DNA of 58,119 bases from Chiloscyllium plagiosum (Eukaryota). Below are positions 37,731 through 48,024 of this stretch, one piece after another. Positions within the stretch are counted from its first letter, which is position 1; each line of letters begins with the position of its first letter. The stretch is from positions 15,858,549-15,916,667 of the forward strand of contig NC_057749.1 in assembly GCF_004010195.1 (NCBI RefSeq). The letters run 5' to 3'. The position numbers and the translations under genes are program-made. The notes beneath the pieces are model-generated. The model was not told where the DNA came from and ran no database searches. It was given only the letters and a program-made list of their open reading frames with translations.

Positions 37731-38345
37731 CTATAGGGAAACTGTTTCCTGTGACTCTCACTCTGACTCTAAACCATTGATACCCCAAGATATGACCGCG
37801 CTGCAGAAAGTTCTAGAATCCATTGGCTTTGATTTATTCTCCCTTCATTGGTCAGCTCTCCTTGTGGTCCAGTAATCAGTCACAGTCTGTGAGGGAGCAT
37901 TGCTCTCTCTCTCTCGCTCAGTGAGACACAATGGTTACAACATAGGGTCATAAAGATATACAGCACAGAAACAGACCATTCAGTCCAACTCGTCCATGCC
38001 CACTCAATATCCCAACTTAATCTAGTCCCATTTTCCAACATTTGGCCCCATATCCCTCTAACCTCTTCCTATTCGTATACCCATCCAGATGCCATTAAAT
38101 GTAATTGTATCAGGCTCCACCTCTTCCTGATACAGGGACAAAGGTAAAGTCTCTACAGCCCTCGCAGCCAATAGGGCTGCTGTCTCTTGAGGAATACTAC
38201 CCCACAGCTAAGATGGGACAAGGAGTCTCCTGAACACCCACAGACAGAATGGGGATTGAACCCATGCTGCTACGATCATTCTGCATTATATACTAGCCAG
38301 CTGTACTAACTAACCTCTTATTCACAGAGCCAGCTACACACATAC

Positions 38346-38581
38346 CACCTTGACAATGAGTGCTGCCAATTTTTTTAAAGTCAGTATTTCATGGATTAAG
38401 CCTCCCAGCGGAAGAGGCATCATCTCCTGAGCTGAAAGGGAGTGAAAGGGAATGGGGACAGTGTCGCTGGTGGAATATTTTAAATATATGGTTTTAAGGT
38501 GGTCGTAGTCAAGTATCCCAGCGCACATATCTTCCTGCAATCTTAACAACGGAACCAAGTCTCTGTGTGAACAAAGTCTGG
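38346..38581 (-). pseudogene. Relic exon L (236 nt, one frameshift)
   Basis: Strong acceptor ctcttttctttcacccacAG, donor GTG|GTATGT. Starts PDFVHTETW, then shifts to LRLQEDMCAGILDYDHLKTIYLKYSTSDTVPIPFHSLSAQEMMPLPLGGLIHEILTLKKLAALIVKV. Confidence 0.6.
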
Positions 38582-38673
38582 CTGTGGGTGAAAGAAAAGA
38601 GGGTACCAAGGTTTCAGGGTCACTGTAACATCTGCAGTTAAGATTCGAGCTGGGTTACAGTAAGTAAACCGAC

Positions 38674-38803
38674 CCCTTGATGTAAAGACCCAAAACCTGT
38701 TCTCGCGCTGTGGACTTGCTGTCGCCCTGTGTGGATGTAAATGCAGTTTGTTCGTGTAACAAGATTGCACACGTCCCGGAAACAGACAGACACTTTGCAG
38801 AAA
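38674..38803 (-). pseudogene. Relic exon K (130 nt)
   Basis: Acceptor ctcatcccatctcctAG, donor GGG|GTCGGT. Reads FCKVSVCFRDVCNLVTRTNCIYIHTGRQQVHSARTGFGSLHQG, followed by a 92-nt intron. Confidence 0.55.
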
Positions 38804-39841
38804 CTAGGAGATGGGATGAGGGAGGGGGTTACAGAGCTCCTGAGGTGGTTTATCATCAAGGCAGCTTGGGAGGAATGAGATGGGATTAAGTAGCAGATTG
38901 ATCTAGAGACAAAGCCTTTTGCCCTCCTGAAGCTCAGGGCTGTTGTGGTGCAGTGGTAGTGCCCCTACCTCTGAGCCAACAGAGCTGGTCTCAACCCCAG
39001 CTGCTCAACAATTACATCCCAGAACAGGCTGGTTAGGATTGACCATCTCTTGGAAACCCACCTTCTCAGAAAGGATGGAAATCTCCAGTTGCCATGGCAA
39101 CTACCACCATTGGGATGAACACACTGCTTGTTGGAAACAGGTTGTCTCTTCGTTATTCCAAGAAATCTAATGATCAAAGCACGAAAATATTACTGAGTCA
39201 ATACATCGCAACATCTTGTTGGATAACCTCTTGGAACTCAATCAGACAGAGTTGAAGGACCTGGAACTCTATAGCGATAGAATCCAGGTTAGTCTGAGCC
39301 CAGTCTGCAGGTGAATTGAATTGAATTTATTGTCACGTGTACCGAGGCAGAGTGATCTGCCTGTATTGCCCTTTGTGAGCAATACAGGTAGATCACAGAG
39401 TTAAGTAGCATAGATAGTAAATAATAGGTAAACAGCGGTAAAAACAAAAACACAGGTACAGGCAAATGTTAAGAGTTTGTGAGTCCATTCAATATTCTAA
39501 CAACACTAGGGTAGACACTGTTTCGAAACCGGCTGGTGCATGTATTCAGGCTTCTGTACCCTCTCCCTGTACTTGGCCTCAATGAGGCTGCACCACAGAG
39601 TATCAACGAGGGTAATTAGCTGGATCGCCAGCTTCATATTACCATTAGCCAGCTGCCAGCGTGTAGAAATACTAACAGAAAGTGCTGGAGGAACTCAACA
39701 GGTCCAGCAGCTTGTGTGGAGATAGAAACAGAGTTAATGTTTCGAGTCTGGTGTGACTTTTCCTCAGTGCTGTGTGTAAATCTGGGTGAGGGCAGCATCA
39801 TGTTTAGAAGGTACACTTCTCCCTGGGTTTGTGTGAATAGA

Positions 39842-40022
39842 CAGAGCCAGAGTCTACCAGAGCTGATACTGCTGTAGACATAGCTGCCTTGGGGGATAGT
39901 CTCCCTCTGTAGTTAGGCTGCTAATAGCCACTGCTTCCAATTTGGGTCAGTTACAGCTGGGAGACTGTCCCCCAAGGCAGCTATCTCTACAGCAGTATCA
40001 GCTCGAATAGACTCTGACTCTG
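39842..40022. repeat. Foldback inverted repeat (~70-bp arms, ~40-bp spacer)
   Basis: Left arm cagagccagagtcta...gctgccttgggggatagtctccc is the reverse complement of right arm gggagactgtcccccaaggcagc...tagactctgactctg, with few mismatches. Confidence 0.9.
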
Positions 40023-40556
40023 CACCACTTCAGAACATTGAGAAAGTTCTAGTAGCAAGGTGTTCAATAATCAGCTTTACAGGATGAACATGACAAACCT
40101 CAGCACCTCCCTGAGCTTCCCCAACACAATCATTCAGAGAGCCACAGCCCAGCTCCTGAACGTTGATGGAATGAGATTGAACCATTATCATGTCACGGAG
40201 CATACACCAGCTCAGGGGAATGATCGCAGGGACCGGAGATTGGATTATACAAACCAGGATAGTGTGATCCTGCTGCCCTCTCACAATAGAGGCTTGAGCT
40301 CACAACCTCAGCTCACCCTCCGGTGCAGTATTGCAAGAGTGCTGCATTGTCTTGGGGACAGGCTTTCTGGAGAGAAAGGTTAAACAGAGGTGGCAGCTGC
40401 CCTTGCTGTTGGTGGGCAGTAAGATGGTGGTGAGGAAGGGCACTCGAGCAGGAGATCCTCAGCTCCATCCATTCGGTTTCTTCATTATCATTCTCTTTGA
40501 CATTCTCTCCTCCTTTTTCTCAGCCTCGAACTCCGGGCGTCTAAAGAGGAGTTGGC

Positions 40557-42810
40557 AGCGGGGACACGAGGGAGCAGTGACCCGGAGTGGGGACACCAGG
40601 GGGCAGGGCCCTGGAGAGGGGACACCAGGGGGCAGGGACCGGAGTGGGGACACCAGGAGGCAGGGCCCTGGAGAGGGGACACCAGGGAGCAGGGACCCGG
40701 AGTGGGGACACCAGGGAGCAGTGACCCAGAGTGGGGACACTAGGGAGCAGTGACCCGGAGTGGGGACACCTGGGTGCAGTGACCCAGAGTGGGGACACCA
40801 GGGAGCAGGGACCCGGAGTGGGGACACCAGGGAGCAGGGGCCCGGAGTGGGGACACCTGGGAACAGTGACCCAGAGTGGGGACACCAGGGAGCAGTGACC
40901 CGGAGTGGGGTCACCTGGGAGCAGTGACCCAGAGTGGGGACACCAGGGAGCAGGGGCCCGGAGTGGGGACACCAGGGAGCAGGGGCCCGGAGTGGGGACA
41001 CCTGGGAACAGTGACCCAGAGTGGGGACACCAGGGAGCAGTGACCCGGAGTGGGGACACCTGGGAGCAGTGACCCGGAGTGGGGACACCTGGGAGCAGTG
41101 ACCCAGAGTGGGGACACTAGGGAGCAGTGTCCCGGAGTGGGGACACCTGGGAGCAGTGACCCAGAGTGGGGACACCAGGAGTGACCCAGAGTGGGGAGAC
41201 CAGGGAGCAGTGACCCGGAGTGGGGTCACCTGGGAGCAGTGACCCAGAGTGGGGACACCAGGGAGCAGGGGCCCGGAGTGGGGACACCAGGGAGCAGGGG
41301 CCCGGAGTGGGGACAGCAGGGAGCAGGGACCCGGAGTGGGGACACCAGGGAGCAGTGACCCGGAGTGGGAACACCAGGGGGCAGTGATCCGGAGTGGGAA
41401 CACCAGGGAGCAGTGACCCGGAGTGGGGACACGAGGGAACAGGGACCCGGAGTGGGGACACGAGGGAACAGGGACCCGGAGTGGGGACACTAGGGAGCAG
41501 GGGCCCGGAGTGGGGACACTAGGGAGCAGGGGCCCGGTGTGGGGACACGAGGGAACAGGGACCCGGAGTGGGGACACGAGGGAACAGGGGCCCGGAGTGG
41601 GGACACTAGGGAACAGGGACCCAGAGTGGGGACACCAGGGAGCAGGGGCCCGGAGTGGGGACACTAGGGAGCAGGGGCCCGGTGTGGGGACACCTGGGAG
41701 CAGTGACCCGGAGTGGGGACACCAGGGAGTAGGGACCCGGAGTGGGGTCACCAGGGAGCAGGGGCCCGGAGTGGGGACAGCAGGGAGTAGGGACCCGGAG
41801 TGGGGACACCAGGGAGCAGTGAGCCGGAGTGGGGACACCAGGGAGCAGTGACCCGGAGTGGGGACACCAGGGAGTAGGGACCCGGAGTGGGGACACCTGG
41901 GAGCAGTGACCTGGAGTGGGGACACCAGGGAGTAGGGACCCGGAGTGGGGTCACCAGGGAGCAGGGGCCCGGAGTGGGGACAGCAGGGAGTAGGGACCCG
42001 GAGTGGGGACACCAGGGAGCAGTGAGCCGGAGTGGGGACACCAGGGAGCAGTGACCCGGAGTGGGGACACCAGGGAGCAGTGATCCGGAGTGGGAACACC
42101 AGGGAGCAGTGACCCGGAGTGGGGACACGAGGGAACAGGGGCCCAGAGTGGGGACACCAGGGAGCAGGGACCCGGAGTGGGGACACCAGGGAGCAGTGAC
42201 CCGGAGTGGGGACACGAGGAACAGGGGCCCAGAGTGGGGACACGATGGAACAGGGACCCGGAGTGGGGTCACCTGGGAGAAGTGACCCGGAGTGGGGACA
42301 CTAGGGAGCAAGTGCCCGGAGTGGGGACACCAGGGAGCAGGGGCCCGGAGTGGGGACACTAGGGAGCAGGGGCCCGGAGTGGGGACACCAGGGAGCAGGG
42401 GCCCGGAGTGGGGACACTAGGGAGCAGGGGCCCGGAGTGGGGACACCAGGGAGCAGGGGCCCGGAGTGGGGACACCAGGGAGTAGGGACCCGGTGTGGGG
42501 ACACCAGGGAGCAGGGGCCCGGAGTGGGGACACCAGGGAGCAGGGGCCCGGAGTGGGGACACCAGGGAGCAGTGACCTGGAGTGGGGACACCAGGGAGCA
42601 GTGACCCGGAGTGGGGACACCAGGGAGCAAGGGCCCGGAGTGGGGACACCAGGGGGCAGTGATCCGGAGTGGGGACACCAGGGAGCAGGGGCCCGGAGTG
42701 GGGACACCAGGAAGCAGGGGCCCGGAGTGGGGACACCAGTGAGCAGGGACCCGGAGTGGGGACACCAGGGAGGAAGGACCCGGAGCAGGGACTCCAGGGA
42801 GCAAGGACCC
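40557..42810. repeat. GC-rich minisatellite, 29-bp unit (GGGAGCAGTGACCCGGAGTGGGGACACCA), roughly 75-80 copies
   Basis: Directly visible. The 29-aa periodicity of the ORFs corresponds to 3 x 29 nt. Confidence 0.97.
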
Positions 42811-44160
42811 AGGGGAGAGTGTGACACAGCCAATGGTCAGACCAAGTGGTGACCCCCTGCCCTGGTCTGCTGTGGAGAGTCTTTGGAGAGAGACTGCGAT
42901 GTTTGTAACTATGATTCTTGTTTCTCTGAGCTGTGTTTATACTGCATATTGCTGCAATGTTACCTTTTCTCCTTTAGTTCCCTGTTGTGTAAACTGAGGA
43001 TTGTACCTGGCTTCCTTTGTACCTGAGATGGTGCTGTAAGTGGCGATTTATCAAGTTCTCACTGTACTCAGTGAGTAAATGTGACAATAAAGCTAATTCA
43101 ATTCAATTCAATGCACGGTCCGGGGGAACTGATTTGAAGAAGAGAAGGTTTCCCCTGTGGTCAGGCCAACATATACCCTTCAATTACCAAAAGGCAACTG
43201 ATCGTCTGGTCATTGTCACTCTGCTGTCTGTGGGAGCTTGCTGTGCATAAAAGGGCTGCTACATTTCTGACTGTACAACAGTGACCACCCTTCAAAAACA
43301 TTTAGTTGGCTAAAAGGACACTTGGTAACATTAATAGTTAATAAAAACTTGGTTCTTACATCCTTTAAATTAAATTCTTGGTTTGAATGTAGAATGCTGA
43401 TCTGTTATCCCTCTCCAGACAAGGAATATTGAGGTCACTTTTTACCCTCCCTCCCCAGTACAGCCCTGAGAGAAGAGATCACACTCCCCCCTGTAATAAC
43501 AGGCTCCAAGTCCCATGTGCTCACCACTCTGTCCTTTAACCAGCTGGCCCATTTCCTACATTACTACAGTGACCACAATTTATTGGCTGTGATAGACAAC
43601 AACATAACAATGACCTGGACACTCTGTTTGTTGATTGGGCAGGGCACCATAGGGGGTTCGCCTGCTCTATTTTGAACCTGCTGAATTTTCAAAGTCCACC
43701 CAAGAGAGTAAATGGTTTAACGTCTTATCCGACAGATGACAGCTCTGACAGTGCCTCACTCGGTGATCCGATACGTGTACTTTCAGAAGCATCTGCTGGA
43801 TAACGGGTCAGGGTGGAACTACACAGAAACATCCAAGGAGCAGTCCAATCGGCCCCTCGAGCCTGATCTGCCATTCAATAAGATCATGGCTGGTCTGTTT
43901 GTATTTTGAATTCCACATTTCACCTCTCTCCATAACCTCAGATTCCCTGTTCAACAAGAAGCTATAGACCTCTCCCTCGATTGTTTAACAGCTGCTCCCC
44001 CTTGAAGCTGTTGGAGCAGGTTAAAATGGCCCTGCCCATCCTATCCCACAGTGGCCCTGCAGAGATTAGTTAACTTGATGCTGGAAGCTCTCTTGTCTGA
44101 AGGGCTTAATCTCATATTAAACTGTATGCTTCCTAGTTCAGGTTTAACTTTCTCACTCAC

Positions 44161-44247
44161 CCACTCAGTACCTTGTAACTGGGAGTCTTCACAGAGTTTG
44201 TAGCTGAACCTGGGGATTTCTGTTACAAACCTTCAGCAGACGTCAGT
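44161..44247 (-). pseudogene. Relic exon (87 nt)
   Basis: Acceptor catattcAG, consensus donor TGG|GTGAGT, length 29 codons. Every frame has at least one stop. Confidence 0.45.
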
Positions 44248-44494
44248 CTGAATATGGTCATGGAATGTGAGGTAGGACGGATGGAGACTGAACAAATTGA
44301 TATTGGTGCTTGTTTCTTAAGTGAACAGTCAGCATTGATCTGTGTATTACTCTCCAAACTGCTAGTGTTTTATAATTCAAAGCTGAAAAATGTGTTGCTG
44401 GAAAAGCGCAGCAGGTCAGGCAGCATCCAAGGGTTGCTCTTCGGAGGGTCAGCATGGATTTATTGGGCCGAAGGGCCTGTTTCCACACTGCATC

Positions 44495-45089
44495 TAGTCT
44501 AATTTGATTGCCTGGAAATGACAAAACAGATTCGAATTAGGCCAATCAGTTTAAATTATACTCCGAAAAACACCAAACTCCAATCCAGTTTGAATTGAGT
44601 ATATTGACAATCCTAAAAGTCAATGACACAATCCAATGCTTTGAGGGTATAAAACTGGGGAAAATTGAACAGTTGAGAGAAGAATTTCCAAGCCAACAAC
44701 ATCTGCACACTGCCCAGAAAATAGCTCTTTTAAAAGGTCCCTTTGTCGATCAGTGACCCTGTGAAACAGGATCCCCAAAAAGAAGAAATGAAGACGGGAA
44801 TACAGAGTAAAACAGAGTAAAACAGAGATAAAACATTTTGTTTTGTAAATCATAATCAGGTGCTTTATCAGACTGGTATTATAGAAGGGAAAGTAAAAGA
44901 TAAGTTAGAGAGGAGTTGTAAATAGTTGTTAATTAATTATTCTCCATTATACGTTAAGAAGTAAAGTTGTTAATTTTTACTTTAAATAGTTTTTGGCCTC
45001 TCGAATTTTTATAGGTTACTGCACAGGATAAACCTTTTCTGTGTTGCTGGTTTTAAATTAAGCAGGAGAGTTTACCCCGTGTCGTAACA
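44495..45089 (+). mobile_element. Probable solo LTR (5' end truncated or interrupted)
   Basis: Multiple CCAAT boxes, TATA-like gggtataaaa (~44645), and an abrupt end ...gtcgtaaCA at 45089, typical of an LTR terminus. Confidence 0.5.
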
Positions 45090-45394
45090 AAATGATACTC
45101 CATAATCCCCATTCAGGTCATGTACAGTGGTTTGAAGGTAATACAACACATCAAAAGCAAAACATTTACATGGGGATGGTAACTGTCCTAGTTTGAACAT
45201 AACAGGCAGATAAAAGTGGAAAAGAATGGGAACATTAGACTGGTGTACTCCCTCTGGCTGATCGAGACATGATGATGCGTCAGATACTTTCACATTGTGG
45301 AAATTCAGTTTGGATGTATTTGCCCAGACAGGCTATGAGCAGGATTGAGTCTATTGTCAAACTCATTTGACATGGGCAAAAAAAAAAACTCCAA

Positions 45395-46145
45395 AGAACT
45401 ATGGGTGCTGGAAATCTGAACTAAGAACAAAAATAGCTGGAGAAATTCAGCAGGTTTGGCAGCATCTGCGGAGAGAAATCAGAGTTAACGCTTCTAGTTC
45501 AGCGACCCTTCCTCAGAACTGATTGTCGCCAGTTAAAGATTAATCTCCCAAAATGTCCAACTTTCTCCTCAACCGAGGATTCCCTGATGCAGTGATGGAC
45601 AGGGCTCTGAGCTGGGTCCGACCCATCACCTGTATATCCAAGGAATTGTAAGCTGTCACTTCCACCAGAAAGTCACCATCAGACATATATTCCCCTCTCT
45701 CCCTTGTCCCTCTGGGACACTCTGTCCCCTCCTCCTTCACCTCCCCCCCCTCCCCCGGCACATTTTCACACAACCACCGAACACCTGCTCATTTACCTCC
45801 TCCCTCCCCAGTATCCAAGGGCCCTAAACACACCTTCCAGGTGCAACAGCGATTTACCTGCATTTCACTCCATCTAATCTACAGCATTCACTGTGGTCTC
45901 CTCTACACTGCGGAGGTGAATCACAGACTGGGCAAAAACCTTGCGGAGCATCTCCGTTCTGTCTGCCAAAAAAGACCCTGAGCTTCCAGTTGCCTACCAC
46001 TTTAACGGCCCATTCTGTTCCCTGGCCAACATCTCTACCTCAGGCTTGCTGCAATGTTCCAGCAAAGCTCAGCACAAGCTGGAAGAATAGCGCCTCATTT
46101 TTTGTTTGGGGAACCTGCAGCCTTCAGGACTCAATATCGGGTTCA
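45395..46145 (+). mobile_element. Penelope-like element remnant
   Basis: Degraded aaccgaggattccct...atccaagggccctaaacacaccttccaggtgcaacagcgatttacctgc...ctctacactgcggag, homologous to 33195-33610. Confidence 0.7.
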
Positions 46146-47007
46146 TAGAACATAGAACATTAAAGCGCAGCACAGGCCCTTCGGCCCTCGATGTTGTGCT
46201 GACCTGTGAAACCAATCAGAAACCCATTTAGCCTACACTACTCCACTTTCACCCATGTGTCTATCCAATGACCATTTAAATTCCCTTAAAGTTGGCAAGT
46301 CTACTACTGTTGCAGGCAGTGTGTTCCACGCCCTTACTACTCTCTGAGTAAAGAAACTACCTCTGACATCTGTCCTATTATCTATCACCTCTCAATTTAA
46401 AGCTATGTCCCTTCATGCTAACCAGCACCACCTGAGGGAAAAGGCTCTCCCTGTCCACATTATCTAACCCTCTATCTATCCTCCTTCTATCTAGGAAGAA
46501 CAGCCTCAAATCACATCATTATAGAATCCCTACAGTATGGAAACAGACGATTTGGCCCAACAAGACCACACCGACCCTTCAAAGAGTAACCCACCCCAAC
46601 CCATTCCCCTACATTTTCCCCTGACTAATGCACCTAACCTACACAGCCCTGAACACTACGGGCAATTTAGCATGGCCAATTCACCCTAACCTACACAGCC
46701 CTGAACATTACGGGCAATTTAGCATGGCCAATTCACCCTAACCTACACATCCCTGAACACTAGGGGCAATTTAGCATGGCCAATTCACCCTAACCTACAC
46801 ATCCCTGAACACTACGGGCAATTTAGCATGGCCAATTCAGCCTAACCTACACATCTTTGGATTGTTGGAGGAAACCGGAACACCCGGAGGAAACCCACAC
46901 AGACACGGGGAGAATGTGCAAACTTCACACAGACAGTCGCCCGAGGCTGGAATCGAACCCTGGTCCCACGAGGCAGCAATGCTAACATTTGAGTCACTGT
47001 GCCGCCC
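46145..47007 (-). mobile_element. CR1 3' end (46145-46475) plus an HE1/V-SINE (46520-47007) with an internal 52-bp unit repeated ~4 times
   Basis: (CATAGAA)n CR1 tail on the + strand. Unit aacctacacagccctgaacactacgggcaatttagcatggccaattcaccct is tandem at ~46636-46855. Confidence 0.8.
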
Positions 47008-47352
47008 AAAGCTCACTGACCCTTCCTCAAACCACCTCCTTTCATCCTTTACTTCCTTTGATTACTCTCTTTGCCTTGTCCCATTATCCCTCCTGTGTTT
47101 GTAATAACTCCCACCTCTATCATGTTAGAAACCTTCACTCTCCTTCCCTCCCTTTCTCATGCCCCTCCTCCCTTCCCCAACCTCTGCTTTTGTTTTAAAT
47201 CTTTCCAATTTTTCCCATTGCTGATGAAAGGTCATTGACCAGAGCTGTTAATTCTGTAACTAGCTCCTCACGGATCTGGGAAGTAGGTCTGGCAGTTCGT
47301 GCTTTCATTCCAACCCATCCCCCCTGTCTTTATAACATTTTTATGACTCAAC

Positions 47353-47654
47353 AACTTTAGTTTTGGGCCCCCTCTCTCACAGTGATATTTCTGAAACTGT
47401 TGACAACATTAGCCCGAAGGATGCCTGAAAATGGCCAATTTCAATGGCTCTTGGGCCACAGTATGTTTGTATAAAAGCTGAATTCTGAGAGTGATAATAA
47501 GTTGAATGGCTAGATAAATATTCAGAAAATATGGAGTGTACAATCCCTATCTATTAATGCTACTCTGGACAGTACAGCTGGTACAATCAACAATGTGAAC
47601 TCTGTGTGCGCTTTGCCTTGGGCCTCCTCTAAGTCCCAGCTCCCAAATATGACA
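47353..47654 (-). pseudogene. Relic exon G (~300 nt, frameshifted)
   Basis: Acceptor ttttttgtccaattaAG. Peptide blocks in shifting frames: VIFGSWDLEEAQG..., SEYLSSHSTYYHSQNSAFIQTYCGPRAIEIGHF, FSGILRANVVNSFRNITVREG. Degenerate donor gttgagt. Confidence 0.45.
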
Positions 47655-47859
47655 CTTAATTGGACAAAAAAAACCTGATCTGTCTAACTGTTTCAATATT
47701 TATAGCTTGTGTTATGTAATCTGTCTGTGTTTCCACCCATCAGCATCCACCAGCTTGCTATGTGCTGACAGTTCAGCTAGAAGCCACCAAGGTTATCTGA
47801 GGTGCAGCGAATGCTCAGTGATCCAAACCATGGCTGAGGATTTGAATCAACTCACTCAC

Positions 47860-48024
47860 ATAAAGAATGTTCAAAAATAACCCTGTACCCAAACTGGCCC
47901 CATGACTCCCCCTGTAGTCTAATGGTGGTACCACTTTGTGGGATTACAGGCGAAGGAGACGCTATCATTCCCAAGGTGACTAACCACAGACAGAGTGTTG
48001 GAAGGGGTCTAGCTCCCTCCGAAG
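47860..48024 (-). pseudogene. Relic exon F (165 nt)
   Basis: Strong acceptor tttctctcccttgtgtAG and donor TAT|GTGAGT. Preferred phase 2/2 frame reads FGGS*TPSNTLSVVSHLGNDSVSFACNPTKWYHH*TTGGVMGPVWVQGYF*TFF. A different frame is fully open, so the frame is uncertain. Confidence 0.65.

Noticed and set aside
40315..40370. Small AG...GTGAGC-bounded segment on the minus strand
   Set aside because: Sequence gacaatgcagcactc...tactgcac matches the Deu-like SINE motif seen elsewhere in the window, so it is likely repeat-derived.
40459..42852. Long Pro/Cys/His-rich ORFs up to 594 aa, and a CRISPR-like look
   Set aside because: Translations of the 29-bp minisatellite; units are contiguous with no unique spacers, in eukaryotic DNA.
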